Assembly (NCBI RefSeq): GCF_964213995.1
Contig: NC_135809.1
Coordinates: 109,244,001-109,308,000, forward strand
Length of the DNA stretch: 64,000 nucleotides
Direction of reading: 5' to 3'
Source of the DNA: Mustelus asterias
Taxonomy: Eukaryota
Shown: piece after piece, positions 38,801 to 45,661 of the stretch
Layout: the number at the start of each line of letters is the position of its first letter
Position numbering within the stretch: position 1 is the first letter of the stretch
Notes under the pieces: model-generated
What the model was told of the DNA's origin: nothing
Database searches by the model: none
What the model saw: the letters and a program-made list of their open reading frames with translations, nothing else
Position numbers and translations under genes: made by a program

Positions 38801-41130
38801 GGACTCCAGTTTGTCCATCAATTTCTGACTGTTCTTGGTTCTGTATATAATTAAAAACAGAAACCTTAAATCATAATGTCATTGTTTGAGAATGGGCAAT
38901 GCATCTTGATCCTTCAGTCAGCAGCTTGTTTTACTGCATCTCATCAGTATTACATTATTCATGTACCAACCCTTTGGGCGTGTGTGCACACATATCTCTG
39001 TCCTGGTCGTTGGGAGGGGAGAGAATGAGTGCTAGTTCTCACTCTACAAGACTGGATGCACTGAGCACAGCCTCACTGCATTCAGACACACTTAGAAAAA
39101 GAAGAGAAATAAAGCTTAGAATAGAAATTCAGGAATGGAGCTTATGTTAATTTTAATTGAAATAGTAATCAGGATCTTATGCTGTGTTTCACTGAAGATT
39201 AATGAAAGGTTCCACAGGACAAACCCTATGTGGCAAATACCTTTTCTGATTTCCTGTCTGTATCACCCAAAGTGCTTGCCTCAATCCACATGGCTCTCTC
39301 CACATTGAAGTGTTATGTTTCAGTTTTGGGGACTACCAAAAGTTGCCATCTTCTGATTTTAAGACTTCTTCCTTGCAGAAATCATGCAAAAAGTGCAAAC
39401 GATCTGTTGTCCTTATGCACAGTAAACCTGATATATCAGAATGCAGACAATAGTGGATACAAGGGCAACCTTTGCATCATTCAGACACCGGCCCCTGCCT
39501 GAGCTTGGCATTCCCCAACTTAGCTTTGCTTCACCTGGGCAGGCAGCCCTCGACACATTCGCCACCACCGGTGATCGCTGCTCCTGCACTGTTTCTCTCC
39601 CTCATTTGCTTCTGATCACTTATCAGCAACAAATGTGGGAATAGAATGGCCTGTGATTGGAAGATCAGCCCTTTGCAAAATCTTGAATTTCATTTGCCTG
39701 CATTTGAACTGACCGGCCTGTGTGCCAGCTTTTGAGCAGTAGCTTTGGGGACCACATAAAAGGCCTGCAGCCCATGGACCTTCAGTTGATGAAGCCTGGT
39801 AGCAGACAGTCAATAATGCACTGGCTTCTTGAATCTTGGTAAGAAGTCTCACAACACCAGGTTAAAGTCCAACAGGTTTATTTGGTAGCAAATACCATAA
39901 GCTTTCGGAGCACAGCTCCTTCGTCAGATGGAGTGGTTATCTGTTCTCAAACAGTGCAAACGAAGGACGAAGGAGCTGTGCTCCGAAAGCTTATGGTATT
40001 TGCTACCAAATAAACCTGTTGGACTTTAACCTGGTGTTGTGAGACTTCTTACTGTGCTAACCCCAGTCCAACGCCGACATCTCCACTTCTTGAATCTTAC
40101 CAGATCTGCTACAGTGTTCAAGCTTTTTGTAATATGGAGTGACTTGATGCTTAATAGTTGATGTCATGCTAACTGTCCCACTTATCTCCTGTGGCTCTCC
40201 CTTTGCCAGTTGCCAGGATGTGATATGTTTCATAATTGTTTCAACTTTAGTAAATATCTCTGAACTGGAAACATGCCCATTCTGATTGATAGTCCACAAA
40301 TATTTGCCCAGAAATGAATAAATTGTATCAATTTGGCTTTTCTGTGTAACTAGTATATAAATTACTAGTATATAAACTATTAAAAACCTTTTAGTATTTG
40401 TGTATAGCACTTTAATCTCGCAAAGTTCCCGGTGTGAAGAATAGAATTCCTCCTTGTATCTCACTCTTGGATATTTTTGTTTCTTTTATGGCTCCATCTC
40501 CATTATTCCTTTAACTCCACATACACTCAATTGAGACAGAAGGATGGCTAGACTGTCTCTGGCTGTTGTCCTGCTTATTTCTTTTCAAGGCTTGTGATTC
40601 CTGCAGGGACTTGGTGACAAATACCTCACTTCTTGCAGAATATTAGAAGCAGTTGAGACTAAAATGAAAAGGCCCCTAGTGTAGGAGTGCAGAGCTCTAC
40701 TGCTAGAATTTTCCTTGTATTAATAGAATTAAATCTATATCTATGTCACATTTTTAAGAGTTTTATTGTTATTAATTTTATTCCAACAGAGAATTTCCAG
40801 GAGGTGTCACAGATCACTTGCCGGACTGAATGTCCTAAAGCTGGCCAGCCTGTGACGGTTTCCTGCACAATTACAGGATCCGCCGTAGAAGACACCCACC
40901 TCACTTGGTACAGAGAGGTTTACCCTTTTGAAGATATGAGCTGCATTACCAATACACCGTTTAAAACTGGTGTAGGTTTCACCACTGCACTAACTTATGT
41001 ACCAAAGCAAGAGGATGGCAATTGTAAACTCCAAATTGAAGTGATCACTGAGATGGACCCAATTTGCAGAGAGTTCCAGCTGAAATTAAGTGGAGTTGGT
41101 ATTTCAGGAACAGGAAGCAGCTCATTGTGA
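5508..41130 (+). CDS. NCR3LG1: Gene A: B7-H6/NCR3LG1-like type I membrane protein, V-C1-TM followed by 7 Ig domains; join(5508-5846,10499-10831,13343-13456,19211-19636,19879-20259,21191-21499,25402-25722,28519-28830,33419-33730,37689-37736,40790-41130); about 1078 aa plus a leader exon not found in the window
   Basis: Every exon has an AG acceptor and all but the last have a GT donor. All junctions are phase 1 and the internal exon lengths (339,333,114,426,381,309,321,312,312,48) are all multiples of 3, giving one open frame to TGA 41128-41130. V-domain motif GDASLHLLDIQLTEEGQYTCIVFVTP resembles the B7-H6 V domain as I recall it. Confidence 0.8.
7015..7318 (+). mobile_element. HE1-like tRNA-derived SINE, CR1-type tail
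   Basis: GGCACAGTGGTT..CACTG head, TGTGTGGAGTTTGCAC core, GGGCCGAATG...GTAGGGATTCT tail. Confidence 0.8.
7791..8215 (-). mobile_element. HE1-like SINE, alternative tail, with nested Penelope fragment
   Basis: Same head and core; tail ...ACTTGTGACACCAATAAAT. Confidence 0.8.
7940..7974 (+). ncRNA. Minimal type I hammerhead ribozyme motif in a Penelope-like fragment (about 7927-8064)
   Basis: CAC-CTGACGA-A-GGAGC(AGC)GCTCC-GAAAGCT-A-GTG. Confidence 0.7.
8354..8643 (+). mobile_element. Penelope-like terminal-repeat fragment with degenerate hammerhead (8526-8560)
   Basis: CAC-CTGATGA...AAAAGCT-C-GTG and the family tail; near-TSD CTTTA(C/T)AAAAGTCA at 8340 and 8644. Confidence 0.7.
10499..10831 (+). 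CDS. NCR3LG1: Gene A exon: IgC1 domain (D2), extracellular
   Basis: tgcag|CT CGG CCA...GAA G|gtatg; LSCDVTGFYP...W...NNGTFSVSS...YRCLVTH is a canonical C1-set pattern with an NGT sequon. Confidence 0.92.
13343..13456 (+). CDS. Gene A exon: transmembrane segment (not in the ORF track)
   Basis: polypyrimidine tract then tttcag|AG CCT AAG...; translates (E)PKEYSAVPAVVTSIIVTLLVCAASVLAAILYWRKFRG, a hydrophobic helix followed by RKFR; ends GGA G|gtaatg; 114 bp, phase 1-1. Confidence 0.85.
13743..14325 (+). mobile_element. Penelope-like element remnant (GIY-YIG endonuclease region)
   Basis: Translates ...KDILPITEMNTVVYEFRCQCNVWYIQRLTDCIKQ, later HLLNK; CTGATGAG...GAAA near 14305-14325. Confidence 0.6.
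14325..17310 (-). mobile_element. CR1-clade LINE ORF2 remnant (different subfamily) with a nested SINE
   Basis: Frameshifted endonuclease/RT pieces 16556-17377, 15719-16258, 15251-15703, 15025-15327, 14397-14657. Confidence 0.92.
14664..15005 (-). mobile_element. HE1-like SINE, CR1-type tail, nested in a CR1
   Basis: Full head, core and tail; interrupts CR1 ORF2. Confidence 0.85.
17953..18211 (-). mobile_element. HE1-like SINE, alternative tail
   Basis: Head, core and ...GTGACACTAATAAAT tail. Confidence 0.8.
18816..19024 (-). repeat. Probable solo LTR (209 bp)
   Basis: TGTAAT...ATTACA inverted termini; flanks TCGTC/TTGTC (5-bp TSD with one CpG-type change); AATAAA on the - strand. Confidence 0.6.
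19211..19636 (+). CDS. Gene A exon: post-TM Ig C1-like domain D3 (no canonical Cys or Trp)
   Basis: tattag|TT CCT CCT...GGA G|gtaaat; VPPEITVS...ISYQVLRFRP...NGDGTFKV...LILHVHH. Confidence 0.85.
19879..20259 (+). CDS. Gene A exon: post-TM Ig C1-like domain D4 (both Cys present)
   Basis: cccaaag|TC CCA CCA...ACT G|gtatg; LTCSINGFKP...IIW...YICEVQH. Confidence 0.88.
20398..21082. mobile_element. Penelope-like insertion forming a perfect palindrome (arms 20428-20754 and 20756-21082)
   Basis: 327-bp arms around a 1-nt centre (identical mirror ORFs in the track); 13-bp TSD ATTAAATTATCTG at 20385-20397 and 21083-21095. Confidence 0.9.
20984..21020 (+). ncRNA. Minimal hammerhead ribozyme motif (mirror copy on the - strand at 20490-20526)
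   Basis: CAC-CTGAAGA-A-GGGGCT(CAG)AGCCTC-GAAAGCT-T-GTG. Confidence 0.7.
21191..21499 (+). CDS. Gene A exon: post-TM Ig C1 domain D5 (both Cys present)
   Basis: ttcag|CC CCT CCA...CTG G|gtaag; LYCRIHSFYP...VTWLK...DGLY...YTCQVEHESL. Confidence 0.9.
25402..25722 (+). CDS. Gene A exon: post-TM Ig C1-like domain D6 (F-strand Cys replaced by Met)
   Basis: tgtcag|TG TCC GTG...ATG G|gtaag; LSCKAFNFFP...IFW...EFKMQILH. Confidence 0.88.
26435..26793 (-). mobile_element. Second SINE-like family, copy 1 (partial copy at about 12150-12318)
   Basis: Closely similar to 61758-62102; - strand begins with a tRNA-like GATGGCCTAGTGGT...GGTTCGAATCC. Confidence 0.65.
28519..28830 (+). CDS. Gene A exon: post-TM Ig C1-like domain D7 (F-strand Cys replaced by Phe)
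   Basis: ttacag|GA ATT CCA...CCA G|gtagg; LICSISNFYP...TVW...VFSFHVNH. Confidence 0.88.
28952..29230 (+). mobile_element. HE1-like SINE, alternative tail
   Basis: A/B-box head TGGTTAGCAC...GGGTTCAATTCC; tail ACTTGTGACTAATAAATAAAC. Confidence 0.85.
29682..33194 (-). mobile_element. Young CR1-clade LINE, 5'-truncated, with intact ORF2
   Basis: ORF 29759-32776 has APE endonuclease and RT (SKFADDTK); partial ORF1 with SGNH esterase motif (VIGDSLVR); (TTCTATG)n tail; 9-bp TSD CCAAAGTAC at 29673-29681 and 33195-33203. Confidence 0.95.
29759..32776 (-). CDS. CR1 ORF2 endonuclease/reverse transcriptase (uninterrupted frame; true start uncertain)
   Basis: FNARSI, AITETW, MGDFN, SDHN, PGPD, DFSKAFD, GVPQGS, FADD motifs in one 1005-aa frame. 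Confidence 0.9.
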   Translation of the reverse strand: MEHVLGKVGPLQTGRGAPEPEGHQYPGREICYGSSGGFKLICQGSGKRSWSPEVSVEGGEVLGKVSRSRVGTGRQEGGLKCVYFNARSIRNKVDELGAWIATWDYDVVAITETWVEQGQEWLLDVPGYRRFTKCREAGKRGGGVALLIKDSLTAAEKHFEGDMHTEVIWAAVRNRKGAVTLLGVYYRPPNSNRDVEEEIAKQIMDTCGGHRVVVMGDFNFPNIDWSLCRSNSSDGAVFVQCVQEGFLTQYVDRPTRDEATLDLVLGNEPGQVLDLVVGENFGDSDHNSVSFVIAMERDRAGRQGKAYNWGRGNYDAIRQELGGIRWEQILSGKGTDEKWNFFKEQILGVLDRYVPVRQGGNGRVREPWFTKEVECLVKRKREAYVGMRKQGSDGSIEGYKLARNELKKGPRRARREHEKSLAGRIKENPKAFYSYVRNKRMTRVRLGPVKDSGGNLCMESVEIGEVMNEYFSSVFTKERGHVFQEEKVLQANRLEEIDVRREDVLAVLNKLKVDKSPGPDEMYPRILWEARDEIAEPLALIFGSSLSTGMVPEDWRVANVVPLFKKGNRNDPGNYRPVSLTSVVGKLMEKVLRDGIYDHLERCGLIRDSQHGFVKGKSCLTNLIEFFEEVTRCVDEGRAVDVIYMDFSKAFDKVPHGRLMMKVRRCGIEGKLADWIGNWLSDRRQRVVVDGKFSDWRQVASGVPQGSVLGPLLFVIFINDLEEGAEGWISKFADDTKIGGVVDEVEGCCRLQRDIDRMQSWAEKWQMEFNPDKCEVIHFGRANLNVDYRVKGRVLKTVEEQRDLGVHIHRSLKVATQVDRAVKKTYSVLAFINRGLEFKSRGVMLQLYRTLVRPHLEYCVQFWSPHYKKDVEALERVQRRFTRMLPGLECRSYEERLRELGLFSLERRRLRGDLIEVYKMMKGIDRVNVQRLFPRVDGAITRGHNYRVHGGRYRKDIRGRFFTQRVVGVWNGLPAVIVESDTLGTFKRLLDRHMEHTRMVGSGIA
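33419..33730 (+). CDS. Gene A exon: post-TM Ig C1-like domain D8 (B-strand Cys replaced by Ile)
   Basis: ttttcag|CT CAT TCT...AAA G|gtgag; VTFSISLASYAP...MKWFK...DGLF...IRCEVLH. Confidence 0.88.
33759..37431 (-). mobile_element. Second young CR1 LINE, near-identical to 29682-33194, frameshifted
   Basis: ORF2 split into 36115-36840, 35891-36226 and 34107-35933; ORF1 esterase part; same tail; GAATTC at both ends. Confidence 0.95.
37689..37736 (+). CDS. Gene A putative micro-exon: acidic Tyr-containing linker (G)IGSEDAVYEIQGNDE
   Basis: tttctctgttaag|GT ATT...GAA G|gtaaagt; 48 bp, phase 1-1, open frame, lying in non-repetitive intron sequence. Confidence 0.6.
39838..40085. mobile_element. Penelope-like insertion with 87-bp inverted arms (39839-39925 and 39966-40052)
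   Basis: Same family as the 20.4-kb element; 13-bp TSD CTTCTTGAATCTT at 39825-39837 and 40086-40098. Confidence 0.85.
39895..39931 (-). ncRNA. Minimal hammerhead ribozyme motif
   Basis: Reverse complement reads CCAT-CTGACGA-A-GGAGC(TGT)GCTCC-GAAAGCT-T-ATGG; stem I differs from other copies but still pairs. Confidence 0.7.
40790..41130 (+). CDS. Gene A terminal coding exon: Ig-like domain D9 plus C-terminal GVGISGTGSSSL*
   Basis: ccaacag|AG AAT TTC; VTVSCTITG...LTWYR...CKLQIEV (F-strand Cys replaced by Ile); no donor at the domain end; stop TGA 41128-41130. Confidence 0.82.
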
Positions 41131-42981
41131 TTTTGATGTGAAAGATGGAAGCAACCCCATTGTTTTTATCTTGCATTACCTATTCCATTGGTGAATGAAA
41201 TTTCATCATTTATGGCCTAACTTTTTCTATTCACATTTATCCTGTGTCTTTGTAAGATATGATAATCAACAATACAGACAGCTTAATGATTAATGGAACC
41301 AAAAGAGAAAATGCTGGAAAATCTCAACAGGTCTGGCAGCACCTGTAAGGAGAGAAAAGAGCTGATTTTTCGAGTCCAGATGATCCTTTGTCAAAGCTAA
41401 AAGGCGTAGAAAGAGGGAGATATTTATACTGTGGGGTGAGGGAATGAGTCACGGCCATAAAAACAAGGGGAAAGGCTGCTAATGGCAGTCCATAGAGGGA
41501 ATAGGAAGTGTGAATGGCCGAATGGCAAAGAAGCTGAAATCAGAGGGTAAACTGTGACAGATGGAGGTGGGGGGGAGATGGGTGGGAGAGAGGTAATATT
41601 GAGAAAAAGGGGGATAAAATGGGGAAATAAAATAAAGACAATGAAGAAATAAAAGGTAAAGAACAATTAAAAATTAAATGATTAATGGATTTTCCCCATG
41701 TTTCTAATTGGCTATTTATATAGAAATTGAAAGAATGAGCATTGAGGACAGGCCTTCAAATGCACTGTTTGTGAAAACAGAATAACTGCATAAAATAGAG
41801 GGACAAGGGATATAAGTGAGGGAAGAGAGGAGATAATGAATTAACTGCTAAAATGATCTCTACACATTATTGTGCTGGCTGCATAGGGTGAGAATGAGAG
41901 GACACAGTGTCATCTCCTGTTGTCACTCTTCAAGATCATAACTGGCCCCATTCCTGTAATGTTCCACATGTTCTCTTTGTGTGGGGTAAAGGTATGCAGG
42001 TGGCCTCCAGTGTCTATAGTCACCATCTTCTGCCTAACCTGTGTGGAACCTTTTCCTGCAGGATAAAGTGTGACGACCAGAATGTGCTTGTTGTGACTGA
42101 ATAGTTATGGTGTTACATGAGTAAGTGAGGGGTGCGTGTGTGGAGAAAGATGGAGTGGTGTTGTGATTGTAGGAAGTGAAGGAAATCAGTGGAGGATAGT
42201 GCCTGTGTGCTTGCAGGAACGGACCATTGAGATGAGAGGTAAAATTCTTGGGAACATTGAGGACGCTCTTCAGGATTGCAGCCATTTCCTGTGAACTAAG
42301 TTAGCATTGACCTCCTTGGTCACCTCTTCCCACTGACTATAAAAGGATTATCTGGAGAGTTTTCTGTTGTCTGTTTCAGCTTAATTGTTTGGAACATGAG
42401 GGCAAAATTCTTTGTATTTTCTTTCTTTGATTTATAGTGATTGAGTAACTTGCTTCATTTATAAACTGGCAACATGTATGAAAGTCCAAGGGGTTTTGTT
42501 TTCATCCCATGGCCATGAATTAGAGAAGTAAATACGTTTTGTGTATCATACAAAGTCTGTTGGACAGATGCTTTTTATCTTTTTTTAAAGGAAGAACCAG
42601 ACTGATAAATTTAGCAGACTCCGAGGTGCTGACGTTTTCTACAAATGCCATAATTGAAAATCCAACTCCCTGTCATTGCAACATGTACATCTGACACTGT
42701 AGGGTTACAAAATTCCTTCCCCACCCCTAATATTTTATACTTTTCATTATCACTTAAAACAAATAAGCTAAATATATCTGCTTTAGAACAATAAGATTGT
42801 TGTATCTAATGTAAATTGGAGTCGGTTTGTTCAATTTGAAGGTTATTGTTTTGCTGTTTCTTCTGTGTATATTTATAAAGCAGAAGAATATTAATATCTG
42901 TTTCAAATTTGGAAGGTATTTATACTTTGACAAAATATTTTATTAACTATAAGTTTTGAAACAAATGGGTGCAGGAATAAC

Positions 42982-44604
42982 AATATTGTGGCCATAGACC
43001 TTAAGATCTGGGATAAAGCAAACAATATATTCATTTTACACTTTGACTAAATCTGGTCGCTACATCTACAATCAACCGTTGTATGTAGTTAAGAAAAGAG
43101 AGTAATCCTGGATCAGATCATGGAAAAATGGATAGGGACAGAAATGGAGCCACCGGCAAAGTTCCTTACAGACACTGGCAGGGAATTTGCTAACGAGTTT
43201 AGGGATATGTGTGAAAATATGAATATCCTAGTCGTGAATACAGCTGCGGAAAGCCCATTTAGTAATGGAGTGTGTGAGAGGAACTATGCAGCAATAGATG
43301 ACATGCTGTGGGAAATTTTGGCAGATAGACCAAATTGCAAGTTAAATTTAGCCTTGGCATAGGCGATACATGCAAAGAACTCATTGCAGATGGTCGGGGG
43401 CTATAGTCCATATCAGTTAGTATTTGGTAGAAATCCTAAAATTCTGTCCATTTTGAATGACCAGCCTCCAGCTTGGGAAGGGATTACAATTAGCTCTGAA
43501 GAGCATTTTTAGAAGCAGAAGTCTCTGAAAGAATTTGCAGAGCATCAAGGCACAATGTATGGCCATCAAACACTGTTTTTCAGCAAGGGGACATAGTATA
43601 CTATAAGAGAGACAATTTCAATGAATGGAAAGGCCCAGGGAAGGTTATAGGCATAGATGGCAAAAGAATTGTTGTGCTTCATGGTAATCAGATTATTAGG
43701 ATACATTCATCAAGAATAATGGGTACAGATTACAAACTTGCAAATTTAGAAAGAGTAGACAAACATGATGAGGAACCAGGGTCATCTGAAACTCGTGTCA
43801 GAGAATTATGAAGACCAGTTAGCTGAAACAGACAGGGTATCTGTAGAGGAACACAATACTTTCAATGAAATAGAACAGGCCATTTGTTTCAAAAGGATAA
43901 CTGCCAAACGTTGGTACAAAAGTGACATACTTGCCTGAAGGGTTCAGTCAATGGAAGGATGCAACTGTGATTAGTAGAGCAAGGCAGGCCACTGGAAAGT
44001 ATAAACATTGGTTGAATGTACAGAATACAGGGGAGGATGTCAGGACCATGGATTGGGAACACACAGTTCAAAAATGGAGGGCACAGAAACGTAGTGTCAG
44101 TTCAGACAGGAAGTCCGATAGTGAATGTGTTCACAGGCAGAGATCGAAAACTATAGAAAGAACATCCCACAACAGGAGGGAAAGATCAAGCAGTGGTAGT
44201 ACAGAACGAGATATCAGGCGGGACAGGGGGCGTAGCTTGACAAGGTATCGGAATATGAGTAAGACTACGAATGTTGCTAGGAGTAGAAGCCCAAATGCTT
44301 GAGATCTTGCTGGCTTCCCAATAAATTAGATGAAAAAGTTATAAAAGATGCCAGACAGCAAGAACTGCATCGTTGGGGTAAATTTGGGGTATACACGGAG
44401 GTACCAGATAGGGACAAAGAGCTCTATTTCACAGATGGATTTGCACAGAAAAGGTGTTTCCTGATGGAACTTAAGGCAAAGGGCAGGCTTGTGGCAAGGC
44501 GATTTGAAGAAAAATTAAAAGACCAGGATTTAAGGGTGGATTCACCAACAGCAGGAATGTTTATTTTAAAGATCTTCTTGGCTGTGTTAGCTACAGAGGC
44601 ATGG
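42982..44604 (+). mobile_element. Ty1/copia-type LTR retrotransposon remnant (integrase then RT start), interrupted by the ERV
   Basis: IN motifs VAIDLK, FLTDTGREF, SPFSNGVCER; then copia RT start ELHRWGKFGVY...KAKGRLVARRFEE...VDSPT; IN-before-RT order is diagnostic of copia. Confidence 0.8.
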
Positions 44605-45052
44605 TGTTGGAGTAAACTCCGAAATTAAAAGATACAAGATGTTACCTGGCACAAAATGGACTCTGTGAAAAGACATTAAGATGTGCTGACTTAGGCACAG
44701 ACATTGCACAACGAGTTAAATTCTGTTAGTGTCTAATTACTACAGGAAATAAATCAGACCTTGAAGCCCAGATGATCACCTTAGCTTGAGATAAAGCAGA
44801 ACCAAAACAATGAGTTTTAGTAACGAGATCAGTCTTTGATGGGAGGGCATTGATGTATAACGATGTGATAACTGCAAATGTCCTTACTTGTCCACTATTT
44901 GAAAATGTATAAAAGAAGCTCAGCTGCCATTTTAAAGTTGAGAAGGTGACTGCGTGCACTGCGGAGAGCCCAGCGCTTCTCCCAAAGCTTTGTCCGATAA
45001 ACTGCATGTTGAATCTTTAAATCTGACTCCGAGTGGTGATTTTCCCACAACA
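44605..45052 (+). repeat. ERV 5' LTR (448 bp)
   Basis: TGTTG...CAACA termini, TATAAAA near 44907, first ~290 bp repeated at 52477. Confidence 0.88.
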
Positions 45053-45055
45053 AAT

Positions 45056-45074
45056 TGGTGTAGTCAACAAGGAT
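45056..45074 (+). promoter_or_regulatory. ERV primer-binding site, tRNA-Ser-like (TGGTGTAGTCAACAAGGAT)
   Basis: 3 nt after the LTR end; resembles TGGCGTAGTCGGCAGGAT, the complement of a tRNA-Ser 3' end. Confidence 0.65.
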
Positions 45075-45422
45075 CTCACTGCTGGTGAGTTGATCAGTTG
45101 GCCTCGATCGGCGAACTGGAGTAAAGATTATTGAACCTGTGGGAGTCGGACTGAGCCAAGAATGCAGTTAAAAACGGGTGAAAATTAGGGGAATTTTTGG
45201 GACTATCGGATAGAAACAGGAATTGATTGCTTGTGCTGATCGACTAAGGACAAGGAAGTGCCTGTCTCAAACGCGCAGCCTTAGACCGGTTGTTAAGAGG
45301 GGAAATCCCCCACGTCAAGGTCAGGACCCTGAAGTGGGCGCAGAGGCACCAAGGCACTTAGGATCGTGAAGCACAAGTGATAAAGGTCATTTAGCATCAA
45401 ACTCTGTAATGGCGAACAAATG

Positions 45423-45488
45423 GCTTGTGTGGCTTTTGCTACCAAATAAACCTGTTGGACTTTAACCTGGTGTTGTTAAACTTCTTAC
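45423..45488 (+). mobile_element. 66-bp Penelope-like micro-insertion in the ERV leader
   Basis: Identical to 21014-21079; 14-bp TSD ATGGCGAACAAATG. Confidence 0.85.
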
Positions 45489-45661
45489 ATGGCGAACAAA
45501 TGCAGAGTTTGCCATCTGTTTGCATAACAGTTTGTGTACTTGTCTGTCACGTTGTAAAGCGGTGCGATAAGGAACTGATCACCCTGACCTAGAGCCGGAC
45601 TCTGGTGGAGGAAACACGTTGCCGAGGAGGTAATCGTGGCTAGGGCATAGAAGTCTGCAAG

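Noticed and set aside
38500-39820. Possible Harbinger-like transposase remnant
   Set aside because: Too degenerate; no catalytic motif or terminal repeat could be confirmed
19211-41130. Immunoglobulin heavy-chain constant region (IgW/IgNAR/IgM) or MHC/TCR gene
   Set aside because: The V exon is a complete spliced domain with no RSS or J segments seen, the TM precedes the C domains, there is no secretory tail or CART-type TM, and the motifs fit B7-H6 better
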